From positions 1,917-65,916 of IMG/VR virus record IMGVR_UViG_3300042346_000266: a stretch of 64,000 nucleotides of DNA; one strand, 5' to 3'. The stretch's first letter is position 1. Each line of letters begins with the position of its first letter. Of the stretch, positions 38,900-48,533 are shown piece after piece. The translations under genes and the position numbers were made by a program. The notes beneath the pieces were generated by a model. The model did not search any database. It had not been told where the DNA came from and was given only the letters and a program-made list of their open reading frames with translations. Origin of the DNA: a virus (taxonomy: Duplodnaviria; Caudoviricetes).

Positions 38900-39194
38900 A
38901 TTTAATTCTTTTAGGTTTAAATTTTGTTAATCTTTTTATTTCTTTAACTTTTTCTTGCGTAGAGCTATCGTGAGCTTTAACATGCTCAACTAATGCTTCT
39001 TTGTTTTGTTCAACTTCTATCTTGGTATCAACTAATTCATTTTTTGTTCTCTCTATTTTAACAGCTCTTCTAGCTTTAGAAAACCCATTAATAGACATAA
39101 CAATAACAATTATAATAATTAAAACAATTAATCCTATTAAAATATAGTCTTTTATTTTATTTGGAATTGCATTAAGTTTCTGTAATATATTCAT
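38826..39194 (-). CDS. putative inner-membrane spanin
   Basis: Single N-terminal TM helix plus coiled coil, directly after endolysin. Confidence 0.5.
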   Translation of the reverse strand: MNILQKLNAIPNKIKDYILIGLIVLIIIIVIVMSINGFSKARRAVKIERTKNELVDTKIEVEQNKEALVEHVKAHDSSTQEKVKEIKRLTKFKPKRIKYETIKVRDTSYDVMRRVLDTVQPN

Positions 39195-39196
39195 AA

Positions 39197-39667
39197 TTAT
39201 TTGAAGTATAAGTTAGCTTCTCTTTGTCTTCTCTTAGTTAATCCATTATTAATCTTACCATTAACTTTGTTCCATTTAGCAAACTCTCTAGCGATAGTTG
39301 GATCATTTGGGTTGGCATTTACTTTACGAAGTAATGTACTGTCCCCTAAACCTTCAGGGATATTATCCGCGTCAATATCTGAACCAACGTTGTATGCAAA
39401 AGATACAAGGGCATTAAATTGATTTTGATTAATAGTAGATGTAACAAGTTTATCCACATCCTTAGCAAACATGTTAACTGTTTGTTTCAACATCCAATAA
39501 GCTGTTGCTTGTGTAATTGGTTTGTCTTTCATTGTAACTTTTGCCCCACTAGGATAGAATGTATTACCATATCCTATAGTTGGTACTCCTGCAGGACATA
39601 AATAAGGGGATAATCTTAATCCTTCATCCTTGGCTATCATTTGGTATAATTCTTCATTCGGACTCAT
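39197..39667 (-). CDS. endolysin, GH24 lysozyme
   Basis: EGLRL.PY.CPAGVPTIGYG and GL.KRR..EA motifs. Confidence 0.92.
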   Translation of the reverse strand: MSPNEELYQMIAKDEGLRLSPYLCPAGVPTIGYGNTFYPSGAKVTMKDKPITQATAYWMLKQTVNMFAKDVDKLVTSTINQNQFNALVSFAYNVGSDIDADNIPEGLGDSTLLRKVNANPNDPTIAREFAKWNKVNGKINNGLTKRRQREANLYFK

Positions 39668-40170
39668 TTTGTTGCTTTTTTATGTTTATCAAAATCATCT
39701 TTTAATTTTGCGTATAACCCTTTTAATTCTTCATGATCTTTTGCTAGAGCATTATATTTATCTGTAAGTTCTCTATGTAGTTTTTCCCAATTTTGAGATT
39801 GTTCAACTTCCTTAGCATAAGCTAGTTGAATCATGTTAAATTGGTTTTGAATTTCTCCTAATTGAGATCTGAGGGTATCTATTTGATTCCTAAAATATTC
39901 TTTTTCGGCTTTGAATTCGGCAACTATAATTTCTTTGTCCAACTTTAAAGCGTCTTTATCTGAATTAGCTTGTAGTAATAAGCTCTCATATAATTCTCTA
40001 ACCTTAATAGCATAATCAACTTCTGCTGATTCTATTTCTACATCCCCTTTTTTTAATTCTTGTTCTTTTTGTTTCTTACCGCCTAAGAACCAACCTACTA
40101 TTCCTGTTATAGATGCTCCGACTGTCGATAATAGCATCCAGTTAGTATTAAGCCATTCAGATAAACCCAT
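39664..40170 (-). CDS. membrane-anchored coiled-coil protein, holin/antiholin candidate
   Basis: N-terminal TM segment; overlaps endolysin start. Confidence 0.45.
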   Translation of the reverse strand: MGLSEWLNTNWMLLSTVGASITGIVGWFLGGKKQKEQELKKGDVEIESAEVDYAIKVRELYESLLLQANSDKDALKLDKEIIVAEFKAEKEYFRNQIDTLRSQLGEIQNQFNMIQLAYAKEVEQSQNWEKLHRELTDKYNALAKDHEELKGLYAKLKDDFDKHKKATK

Positions 40171-41660
40171 TATAATTTTATTTTTTTAGTTATAAATCTA
40201 TTTGTTTTTGTTTGTACAATTATAATATACAGCCCTGGGGATAAATCAGAAATATCATAATTATTTGATATTAAATATCCATTAAAACTATATATTTTAA
40301 CTTCCTCAATATCTTCGCCTTCTACTTGAATTTTTTTTCCAACAACATTTAGCCCTCCAACGGTATAAACATGTTGCAGATCGTTAAAACCCTCTATCGT
40401 CCATGTGTTTATATTGGATGTTTGTATAGAATATAATTTATTACTTATTAACGGATCTGGCAGATTAAGATATAACTTATAACTTCCAACCGGTAATCCT
40501 AAAGTAGATAAATTAGTAGTTATATTATAGTTTGTAGAATTGCAGTTTTTAATATTATTATCAATTAAAAAAGAATAATTTATATTTGTACTTGTGTTTT
40601 TACAAACTAAGAAAGCTTTTCTATCTTTAAATAAATTTGCATAACCATAATTACCAATGTTTATAGTAAGCACATTATTCGTTATATTTGAAAAATTCAA
40701 TCTAAAATTATAACCTAAATTTCTTTGCATTATATTAAAACAACCATTAATCTGCCAATTTGATATAACTGTAGGAAAATAGTCTTTGTTTATTAAACTC
40801 CAATTAAACCTATCCATTTCAACCATAGCGTTGCTACAGTCAGTTCTTGGAGTATTAACCATATTAGTTTCCCCTATAACTGGTAAATTTACTGTCTGCA
40901 TTTGCCAATAAGATACTTGTTCTTGTGTTGGACTAGCATTAGAAGTACTAACACTAAACGTGCCTGAATCGCCCCAAGTCCCCAAAAAAGAATCATTATA
41001 AAACCCTATTCTTCCAACAAAAGTATTTCCATACATTTTTTGTTTAGCTTCTACATATCTTACCTGTATAAGTATATCGCTATTAAATCTCAGTAACATT
41101 TCATCAACAACCTGTTTCCTATTATTCCATTGCGTTGTACTTACTGGATATGTGTTTCCAAATTCAGTAGAGCCTGTATAATACCATTCACCCCATCTAC
41201 CAATAAATCCAGCTTGTACACAAACTATAACGTCTTTATTTCTATTAATAACAGGAGCTAATTGTCTTATATGAGATAGTATCTGAGTTTTTGTTGGTTG
41301 ATATACGGTAGCTGAATTAGATGTATATGAAAACCTAACTGTTACTTTAAGCCCCGCATTTCTGATCCTATTGAAATCGGTTTGCATATTATTTAAGTAA
41401 GTAGAAGTAATTGGAATACCAGTAATAAAATCTCTTAAAAAAAATTGTCTTTGTATTACTGTAATATTTTCATTATTTCTATAACTAGTTAATGTGGATT
41501 GTGATAGTAAATTATATCCTCCAGAAGAGCCAGTAGAAGTATATTTATAAAACCCTTTTTCTGGATTGGCAATAGCAACATTATTTGCTTGATATATTAT
41601 TGTTTGTGACTTAGATATTATTGTTGTAAACAATATTAAAAATAATAATATTTTTTTCAT
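40170..41660 (-). CDS. secreted DUF4874/DUF4832-like (glycoside hydrolase-like) protein with T9SS-type C-terminal sorting domain
   Basis: Signal peptide MKKILLFLILF; NPEKGFY, QAGFIG.WGEW, LGY.F.L motifs; C-terminal IYS..G...DISDL.PGLYII...KK. Confidence 0.7.
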   Translation of the reverse strand: MKKILLFLILFTTIISKSQTIIYQANNVAIANPEKGFYKYTSTGSSGGYNLLSQSTLTSYRNNENITVIQRQFFLRDFITGIPITSTYLNNMQTDFNRIRNAGLKVTVRFSYTSNSATVYQPTKTQILSHIRQLAPVINRNKDVIVCVQAGFIGRWGEWYYTGSTEFGNTYPVSTTQWNNRKQVVDEMLLRFNSDILIQVRYVEAKQKMYGNTFVGRIGFYNDSFLGTWGDSGTFSVSTSNASPTQEQVSYWQMQTVNLPVIGETNMVNTPRTDCSNAMVEMDRFNWSLINKDYFPTVISNWQINGCFNIMQRNLGYNFRLNFSNITNNVLTINIGNYGYANLFKDRKAFLVCKNTSTNINYSFLIDNNIKNCNSTNYNITTNLSTLGLPVGSYKLYLNLPDPLISNKLYSIQTSNINTWTIEGFNDLQHVYTVGGLNVVGKKIQVEGEDIEEVKIYSFNGYLISNNYDISDLSPGLYIIIVQTKTNRFITKKIKL

Positions 41661-41989
41661 AATTTTAAATTTGATTGTCTATAACTAAAGTTGGTTATTC
41701 CTAAATCTATAATTTTTTGATTACATTCATCTCTCAATCTATCTCTTTCATCAATAACATCCTGAGGAATAGGCACGCCATCAATACTTAGCTTCTCAAT
41801 ATGTTTTCTTAAAAGGTCAGAAATAAGCTCTGTATAATACAAATCAATTTGCAATGCTTGATTAGTTAGAGTAACAGTATCAACAGTTTCTTCTCTTTCA
41901 ATAGTTTCATAAGAAAATCCTTCTGGTATTTGATTTATATCAGTAGTTTCTATTATGCTACCTCCATGTCTGTAAATATATATTGTCAT
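41657..41989 (-). CDS. putative tail fibre assembly/chaperone protein
   Basis: Small ORF directly after tail fibre gene. Confidence 0.45.
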   Translation of the reverse strand: MTIYIYRHGGSIIETTDINQIPEGFSYETIEREETVDTVTLTNQALQIDLYYTELISDLLRKHIEKLSIDGVPIPQDVIDERDRLRDECNQKIIDLGITNFSYRQSNLKL

Positions 41990-44481
41990 TATCTTGGATT
42001 TGTAAAGATTTCTTCGTACATAAAATAATCTGTTTGCATTGCTCTAGCAGTACTACCTGTGTTTTTAATAATTGCATTTGCAATAAACATAGGTGTTGTT
42101 GTAAGTGGAATATTTGTAGTATGTGTGGCTCTCAATACATTGTCTATGTAAAATTCTACTGAAGAAGCAGCTGCATTTATGTTTATTCTTAATTTATACC
42201 ATTGCCCTGCTGTTACAGCAATTGAAGTAACAGTTGTTGTATTTGTTGTTCCTGCTCTTGTTATGCATTTAAAATTAGGTGAAGCATTTGCGCTTAAATA
42301 TACACCACCCTCATCATAAACAATAGCTATGTTATTTAAAATATTTGAATAATTAGAGCCAGTAGCATATCCAAAAAATGTATAGAATCTTTCAGCTAGA
42401 GTAGATAATGTAGTAATATTTACATAAGTTTCCAAAGTAATTGCTCCTGTTCCTATAAACAAAGCTGCTCCTCCATATACCCACCCAGCTTGGCCTGTAT
42501 TATTAGCAGAAGTTAATGATTCTACAACCCCTTGCTGATTAGTTCTATTTGTAATAGTACCTGTACCTCTTGTAGTTCCTTGACCATTACCAAAGGTATT
42601 AATAACATCATTTGTAGCAGCAGTAACGTTTGCCGCTAAACTACCCATAAACTCATTAAAATAATAAACTCCTTGAATAGTTTGAAAAGTTCTTAAATTA
42701 TTTTGCTTATTATTAAATGTACTCCAATCAGCAGATGATAAAGCACCTCTGTTTAAAGCACTAGCAGTTGGTAAATTAAATGTATGTGTTGATGCACTAG
42801 AGCTAATAGCAAAATCAGTTCCTGATGCACCTGTTGCAAAATTCTGCACTTGTGCTGTAAGTCCATTTAAGGCAGTAAGTCCTGTTGAAAATGTAGTTAT
42901 AACTTGGCAAAGATTATTATCCTCTGTATGTAATGTAATAGTTCTTCCGCTATTATTAACCCATATTCTAACAGCCAGTCTATCTGTTGCTAGTAATGTT
43001 GTTTGTGGAACTGCTAAAGCACTTACATATAAATCAGTAGCAGTACCATTAGTTATCCCCTCAGGATTTGCTGAACTACTTGCTATTAAGGATAGAGTTA
43101 CTCCATCCCACTTATACAATTCAATATAAAATGATGGCGAACCTCCACCTGATGAAGCACTAAAATATGTTTCAAAATTCCAGTTTCCTGCTGGTATTTC
43201 TAATAAATTTGGTACTCCAGCATCTGTAATAAACGATTGAATATAACCATTTGCATTTATTGTAAAATCTGTACCTGCACCTAGAATTGGCGTTCTGTCC
43301 ATTTCTCTAAAAGCAACACCGCCAAAAGTGCCTTGTGAAACTGAACCATTAAGATAGAAAGATAGAGAAGCACCACCACCACTTGAAGCTGGAAAGTTAG
43401 CCAAACTACCATCGCCGCGAACATATTGCGATACCGTGCCTGCCCCTGTAACCGCTATATCTCCGCTTGATGTAATTGGACTATTTGTTACTGTAAAAGC
43501 ACTTGGCATTGTTAATCCGACTGAAGTAACTGTACCACCGCCACTTGGAATATCATCTAATGTCGCTAAAGTATATGTGCCATCTAATTTATATGGAATA
43601 TAAAATATAGAAGGAGCACTTGAAGGTGGTTGAGGTATAAAATAATCAGGATGAAAAATAAAACTAATATCTTGTAAAATAGGGCTTGAATTAAGATAAA
43701 ACCCTACTCCATAATTAGTTGTGTCATTTACAACGTTTAAATTTAACGGGTTTGCAGGATCTAAGTTAAAATCTCCTAAAGTTAAAGCACCGTTGGCAAG
43801 AGCAGAAGTTGTACCGCCTTGAGCAACAAAACTTAATCCATCACTATACAATTCAGATGTACTGCCTATAGGATTAGTAACTTTAAAACTTTGACCAAGT
43901 AAATTTTCGCTATTTATAATAATACCGTTTGTAGTTTCATTACCTTGATCTGTTACCTGTTGAAGATTAGGAGTTGTCCCTACCCCTCCAGAACTTGCCC
44001 AAGGGGTCATATCATAGTATATATCTTTATATATATTACCATTCCCTCCAATATACTCTAGACTTAACTCATAAAAATTCGGGTTTGCAGTAACAACATA
44101 ATTAGTTATTTTATAATGCCCGAAAGAATTAGGTTGGTTTTGCTCAGCAAGTAATATCTCACTGTCTATTAAATAATCTAAGAATACGGTTATATTGCTA
44201 CCACTTGCATCTAATATTGACACAATGAGTTTATCTATAGACGAAAAAAGTCTACCATCTCCACCTCCGTCCTCAAAAGCAATTGTTTTTGCTACGTTTG
44301 GCAAAATAGTAAACTTAAATGTTAATTGGCCACTTATAGATATTCTAGCATTGACATTCAAATAATCAGCAATACTTTGTGCAGTATAATTTACAGTTCT
44401 ATTCGTAGCATACTTAGTACCTACGAATATATCTGAATCTGTTATTGGTGAACTATTAAAATACGAATTAGCTATTGCCAT
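41989..44481 (-). CDS. tail fibre/receptor-binding protein
   Basis: LQQVTD.GN.T, GTVTSVGL, GALSSADW.TFNNKQ shaft motifs; lectin-like C-terminus. Confidence 0.8.
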   Translation of the reverse strand: MAIANSYFNSSPITDSDIFVGTKYATNRTVNYTAQSIADYLNVNARISISGQLTFKFTILPNVAKTIAFEDGGGDGRLFSSIDKLIVSILDASGSNITVFLDYLIDSEILLAEQNQPNSFGHYKITNYVVTANPNFYELSLEYIGGNGNIYKDIYYDMTPWASSGGVGTTPNLQQVTDQGNETTNGIIINSENLLGQSFKVTNPIGSTSELYSDGLSFVAQGGTTSALANGALTLGDFNLDPANPLNLNVVNDTTNYGVGFYLNSSPILQDISFIFHPDYFIPQPPSSAPSIFYIPYKLDGTYTLATLDDIPSGGGTVTSVGLTMPSAFTVTNSPITSSGDIAVTGAGTVSQYVRGDGSLANFPASSGGGASLSFYLNGSVSQGTFGGVAFREMDRTPILGAGTDFTINANGYIQSFITDAGVPNLLEIPAGNWNFETYFSASSGGGSPSFYIELYKWDGVTLSLIASSSANPEGITNGTATDLYVSALAVPQTTLLATDRLAVRIWVNNSGRTITLHTEDNNLCQVITTFSTGLTALNGLTAQVQNFATGASGTDFAISSSASTHTFNLPTASALNRGALSSADWSTFNNKQNNLRTFQTIQGVYYFNEFMGSLAANVTAATNDVINTFGNGQGTTRGTGTITNRTNQQGVVESLTSANNTGQAGWVYGGAALFIGTGAITLETYVNITTLSTLAERFYTFFGYATGSNYSNILNNIAIVYDEGGVYLSANASPNFKCITRAGTTNTTTVTSIAVTAGQWYKLRININAAASSVEFYIDNVLRATHTTNIPLTTTPMFIANAIIKNTGSTARAMQTDYFMYEEIFTNPR

Positions 44482-44509
44482 ATATAATTTTTATCGATGC
44501 GTAAATAAC

Positions 44510-45376
44510 TTATGCCGTGAAATATTGCAAAGTCATTCTAAATACTTTAAAAGGATTTGCTTCATCTATAGTATATGGAATTAAAAAATGGAAACCAACA
44601 GGTTCTAAAGATCCATTAGCCCTCATTAAACTCATAGTCTGAGCTCCGGCTGTTTGTTCTATACTAGTGTCAGTAGTATAAGCAGAACCCACTCCTGTAT
44701 ATATAACTCTATTAGACCCGGTAAACCCGGTAGGGGCCATTGGGGTGGGCATATCAGAAGGTAAATTGAATCTAATCCATTCGCCGGTTTCAACTAACCA
44801 TGTAGCGTATTCAACCCATATGGTTACTGTGACTAAGTTACCCATGCGTTGCCAGTCATAAAACTTATTAACTGTTCCAGTGGGTGTCTGTGAGTCTGAA
44901 AATATAGGGTCGTCAGCTAATGTTTGTACTCCTGGGCTTCTATAGTTTGTTTCTGTCGGAACAGCTGTTGAGGCTGTATTATTTACTTTAACGCTGTATG
45001 CCACTTGAGGTAATTGGGGCCCTTCGGGTCCTGTGTCTCCCTTTGCAGCTAGTAAATCCCAATTAGTAGGATCATCCGGCGGAGGAAGAACAGAAACAAA
45101 TATATCTTCTAAACATATATATGATGAACCCTCATATTCTACAGCATCACCCGGAGAATATTCATTGTCTTCAGACCAGGCTTCCCTCCACACTAATCCT
45201 GGAGGACCAACTGGCCCTTGTGGTCCCTCCGGTCCAACTTCTCCATTACCAAGAGACAATATATCCCCAATAGTAAATGATTTAGTAATCATGCCATCTT
45301 CGCCACGATTTTTAGAACCTATTAATAAATCCCCTATCGCAGGGTCCGCTATTGGATAACTATTATTTATTGCCAT
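44510..45376 (-). CDS. collagen-repeat tail fibre-like protein
   Basis: GPEGPQGPVGPPG repeats; W...Y..GD.V.Y.GSSY module. Confidence 0.7.
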   Translation of the reverse strand: MAINNSYPIADPAIGDLLIGSKNRGEDGMITKSFTIGDILSLGNGEVGPEGPQGPVGPPGLVWREAWSEDNEYSPGDAVEYEGSSYICLEDIFVSVLPPPDDPTNWDLLAAKGDTGPEGPQLPQVAYSVKVNNTASTAVPTETNYRSPGVQTLADDPIFSDSQTPTGTVNKFYDWQRMGNLVTVTIWVEYATWLVETGEWIRFNLPSDMPTPMAPTGFTGSNRVIYTGVGSAYTTDTSIEQTAGAQTMSLMRANGSLEPVGFHFLIPYTIDEANPFKVFRMTLQYFTA

Positions 45377-45407
45377 TGTTTATTATCGATGTTATATATT
45401 ATGTTTA

Positions 45408-45908
45408 CTAACTTGGCATGAAAGGGCATTTAGCTCCACTACCTTTACCCCCGGATGGAGTCCCAAATGAAGTTCTTGGATTACCTGCCGGCACATTTTT
45501 TTTCTTTGATTGTTTATCTAGATACTTAGAATACTCTTCAGTTGTAAGGCCTCTATTAGAAGCATTGTTCTCGAAGCGTTTTTGCATTTTTTCTCTTGCT
45601 ACATTTTTTTTAGCATTAGCCGCATCTCTTACTTCTTTAGAAACTCTACCTGGAATATACGGAGTTGTTTTAGGATCCTCTTGCTTTAATGGAGATCTTT
45701 TATTTTTCATAGCCTCTATTCTACCGGCATTCTTTATTCTACTAGAAAACAACTTATTAGGATTATTAAACCCTTCTCTATAGTCAGCGCTATCCTTTTT
45801 CGTAGCAGTGTAAGGTCTATCTTTAAACCCACTTCTTTTACTAGTAGGCATATTGCTATAAGTAGGTTTTGGATCCTCTTGCTTTAAAGGTGATTTTTTC
45901 TTAATCAT
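45408..45908 (-). CDS. basic protein with two SPLKQEDPK repeats
   Basis: 17-bp direct repeat at 45673 and 45871. Confidence 0.65.
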   Translation of the reverse strand: MIKKKSPLKQEDPKPTYSNMPTSKRSGFKDRPYTATKKDSADYREGFNNPNKLFSSRIKNAGRIEAMKNKRSPLKQEDPKTTPYIPGRVSKEVRDAANAKKNVAREKMQKRFENNASNRGLTTEEYSKYLDKQSKKKNVPAGNPRTSFGTPSGGKGSGAKCPFMPS

Positions 45909-46051
45909 TTCTTTTTTGTTTTAGCTTTTATTTTTTTTTCTTCAGCAAGCATCTTCTTGGTAGGTTTTTTACCACTACCCTTATTCTCACGTATATTATC
46001 CCACAACCCACGCTTTGAGTACGATCCGTCTTTTCTCTTTAACAATTCCAT
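45905..46051 (-). CDS. 48-aa basic protein
   Basis: Hand translation MELLKRKDGSYSKRGLWDNIRENKGSGKKPTKKMLAEEKKIKAKTKKK; fills the gap with overlapping start/stop. Confidence 0.65.
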   Translation of the reverse strand: MELLKRKDGSYSKRGLWDNIRENKGSGKKPTKKMLAEEKKIKAKTKKK

Positions 46052-46383
46052 TTGTCTAATGCTAGTTTTTTTCTTGTTGGTTCTCCATTTGGTTTTTTCA
46101 TAGGACCTGGCATACCAGACATCCTAGCACAGAAAGACTTTCTACGCTTCGCGTCTTTACTACCAGCTTTTAATTCCGATGGTTTTTTTGTCACAGCTGT
46201 TTGAAGCTTTGATCCTGGATTCTCTCTTCTATAACTGTCAACGCCTTTCTGGTTCAGTCCACCTTTTGGGTCTTTACCTTCCTTACGTGTCCATGCCGCA
46301 GTCTTCTTTAACGGAGATAAATTGCAGTGGCACTTGCTGTTATTACTGCTATTGGATATATGTTTTGATAATACTGATCCCAT
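46039..46383 (-). CDS. basic phage protein (DUF6321-like)
   Basis: AW.RKEGK.P.GGLN.KG and RRKSFCARM.G motifs. Confidence 0.65.
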   Translation of the reverse strand: MGSVLSKHISNSSNNSKCHCNLSPLKKTAAWTRKEGKDPKGGLNQKGVDSYRRENPGSKLQTAVTKKPSELKAGSKDAKRRKSFCARMSGMPGPMKKPNGEPTRKKLALDKWNC

Positions 46384-46384
46384 A

Positions 46385-46999
46385 TTAATACTTTTTATTT
46401 ATATTGCCTTTTTCATCTTTGAAATACAAATTATCAGATAACCCGGATTTTTTACCTTTAGCTGTAGATACATATCCGTCGGCTAGCATATTACCAAACG
46501 ATAATTTGTATATAGTTTGTGTTTTTGATTTTGCACTAGTTGGTAACGCGCCAACAAGAGAACCGACGGCATTGTTAAACATGTCTTCTCCAGACTCCCT
46601 TAATTTTGTACCTAATGGTCTCTTATCTCTTTTTACCGCGCGAATCTCATGGGCTGCTCCCATTAAGTTAGATCCAACTAGACCGGCTATCGTGCCGGTA
46701 ACTCCACCTCCAAATCTGCTAGAAATAGCTTCTTGAGTATATCTTCCCGCAGAAGCATGTCTAATGTTGTCTACAGGATCTTCATCAGGACTTATATCAG
46801 CATCTTTTACCGCTTTGCCTTTAGGGTCTCCTAAAAACTTATTTACTTTACCTTCTGTAGATAACCCTTTATATCCGGAATTATTACGTTTACGTGATGG
46901 TCTAATTACCTGTGTGTTTTTTTTAGGTCGCGTTTGCCCAGACTTATCACTAATAACCCCTGACTTCTTAGCAGTAGGTTCTACTTTCTTAATACCCAT
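46385..46999 (-). CDS. helical toxin/lipid-enzyme-like protein (D..RH...HE...D..NN.G)
   Basis: DNIRHAS, GAAHE, EDMFNNAVG motifs. Confidence 0.5.
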   Translation of the reverse strand: MGIKKVEPTAKKSGVISDKSGQTRPKKNTQVIRPSRKRNNSGYKGLSTEGKVNKFLGDPKGKAVKDADISPDEDPVDNIRHASAGRYTQEAISSRFGGGVTGTIAGLVGSNLMGAAHEIRAVKRDKRPLGTKLRESGEDMFNNAVGSLVGALPTSAKSKTQTIYKLSFGNMLADGYVSTAKGKKSGLSDNLYFKDEKGNINKKY

Positions 47000-47000
47000 C

Positions 47001-47270
47001 TTATTTCTTTCTGTTTAATTTCTTAGTTCTATTTGTAACAGGATCATAACTAAAATTACCCTCAGGTTCTCCAGTGGCTTTAGAAGCCCTATCCTTAGCA
47101 CGTTCCTCAGCAGTCATATTATTCCTAGCTCTACCTTCTGCAGTAAGATTACCACTCTCCGTTAAATGACCCCTCTTTTTAAGCAACTTAATAGCAAGTT
47201 CCTTACTACCAACCTGAGCAGCTAATCTATTAATCAACTGACCCTTACCCATAAACCTTTGCGTAGCCAT
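47001..47270 (-). CDS. small basic hypothetical protein
   Basis: Coupled ORF. Confidence 0.6.
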   Translation of the reverse strand: MATQRFMGKGQLINRLAAQVGSKELAIKLLKKRGHLTESGNLTAEGRARNNMTAEERAKDRASKATGEPEGNFSYDPVTNRTKKLNRKK

Positions 47271-47986
47271 TAGTCTCTTATTCTATATTTCTTACCACTC
47301 TCTTTCTTAGTCCCCTCACCTTCATTACCCCTATTTTGCCTAACACTCTCAAATCTGCCATCCTCATGATCATAATCCATTCCCTTATTTCCAGGATTCT
47401 TACGATGCATCCTTTGCGCATGGGCCTTCTTAATCCTTCTATCATCAGTCTTAGCATATGCCAAATCTCTAGCAGCCTTTTTCTTAGCTGCCAAAGGAGA
47501 TAACTTCTGATTCAATGGAGATGATTTAACGGTTCCAACAATACCTTCTTTTACGTCACTTGCTTTGTTCACTTTTCTTAGAACTTTAGACGCTTTATAT
47601 TCTTTAAATATATCTGTACCAATTTTCATACCTTTTATCAACTTGCCAAACTTACCCACAACAGGTAAAGCACTTAATGGTTCTATTATATCTCCAGCAG
47701 TAAGTTTTTCGTCGTTCCATTCTTTTTTAACATCACCATAAGACGTTGTGCCTGTTGGGTCAGCTATCTGAACTGCAGCTTTTAACATAGGATGTTGTTT
47801 ATCTAAAGACATGTTAGATATAAAACCATCACCAGTCTTGTTTCTTGAATTTACTTCTTTTCTTTTATTAGAATAACTCAAAGAACTCTGTATACCTTTG
47901 TTGAACTTCTTATCTACAGGTTTCTTTAGTTCGTCTATACCGATGCCTTGTTTTAAAGGAGAATTATTTTTTAATCTAAACGCCAT
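47270..47986 (-). CDS. basic protein with SPLKQ motifs and HNH-like C-terminus
   Basis: Start reassigned to MAFRLK (47986), downstream of the candidate promoter; DYDH.DG...NRG. Confidence 0.6.
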   Translation of the reverse strand: MAFRLKNNSPLKQGIGIDELKKPVDKKFNKGIQSSLSYSNKRKEVNSRNKTGDGFISNMSLDKQHPMLKAAVQIADPTGTTSYGDVKKEWNDEKLTAGDIIEPLSALPVVGKFGKLIKGMKIGTDIFKEYKASKVLRKVNKASDVKEGIVGTVKSSPLNQKLSPLAAKKKAARDLAYAKTDDRRIKKAHAQRMHRKNPGNKGMDYDHEDGRFESVRQNRGNEGEGTKKESGKKYRIRD

Positions 47987-48013
47987 AATATTAACTTTTA
48001 TTATACCTATATA

Positions 48014-48038
48014 CTTACGTATTATTACCACATTTTAC
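48014..48038 (-). promoter_or_regulatory. candidate late-type promoter at head of structural block
   Basis: GTAAAA-N9-AATACGTAAG. Confidence 0.55.
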
Positions 48039-48040
48039 AG

Positions 48041-48086
48041 TGTGACATTAGCCTACTACTATTATATATAACTACCAAACGTCACA
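48041..48086. repeat. TGTGAC-N34-GTCACA element A
   Basis: TGTGACATTAGCCTACT...GTCACACTTT. Confidence 0.8.
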
Positions 48087-48456
48087 CTTTATAATCCATA
48101 TCTCATATCGAAATATCAAATATAACGCATCGTAAAAAAAATAACGCTTTTAAAAAAAAATAAATTTCAAATATATAAGCGACGTGGAATAATGTTTATT
48201 GCAAATATATAGGCAATGGGTTCCATATACATATCTACGGAAGCACCCCAAAAATAAAACGACTTTGGTTTTACCGGGTCCCCCACCATATTTTGATTTC
48301 ATGGAAAACGGTTTGCCTTTTCCATATATGCGCACGCCGTGATAACTAAACTAGCTTTTTGTGATAACTAATTTTGATCTAGCTAATTTAACAGCAACAT
48401 CCATTTGCACAAGCGGAGCGCAGCGTAGCGACGCGTATAGCATTTACTAGATCTAT

Positions 48457-48491
48457 TTACAATCTCAATACGATCAGTAATTGATAATATA
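48457..48491 (+). promoter_or_regulatory. early promoter-like repeat 1
   Basis: TTACAATCTCAATACGATCAGTAATTGATAATATA. Confidence 0.75.
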
Positions 48492-48533
48492 TCTGAAGTT
48501 AAATATTAATAATAATAATTAAATAATTAAATT

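Noticed and set aside
5549-47018. Plus-strand ORFs within the late block and minus-strand ORFs within the early blocks
   Set aside because: Antisense shadows of real genes with Ser/Phe/Leu-rich composition and no motifs
48150-48335. 61-aa minus-strand ORF in the divergence gap
   Set aside because: No recognisable motif, atypical composition, and upstream of the candidate late promoter; probably non-coding
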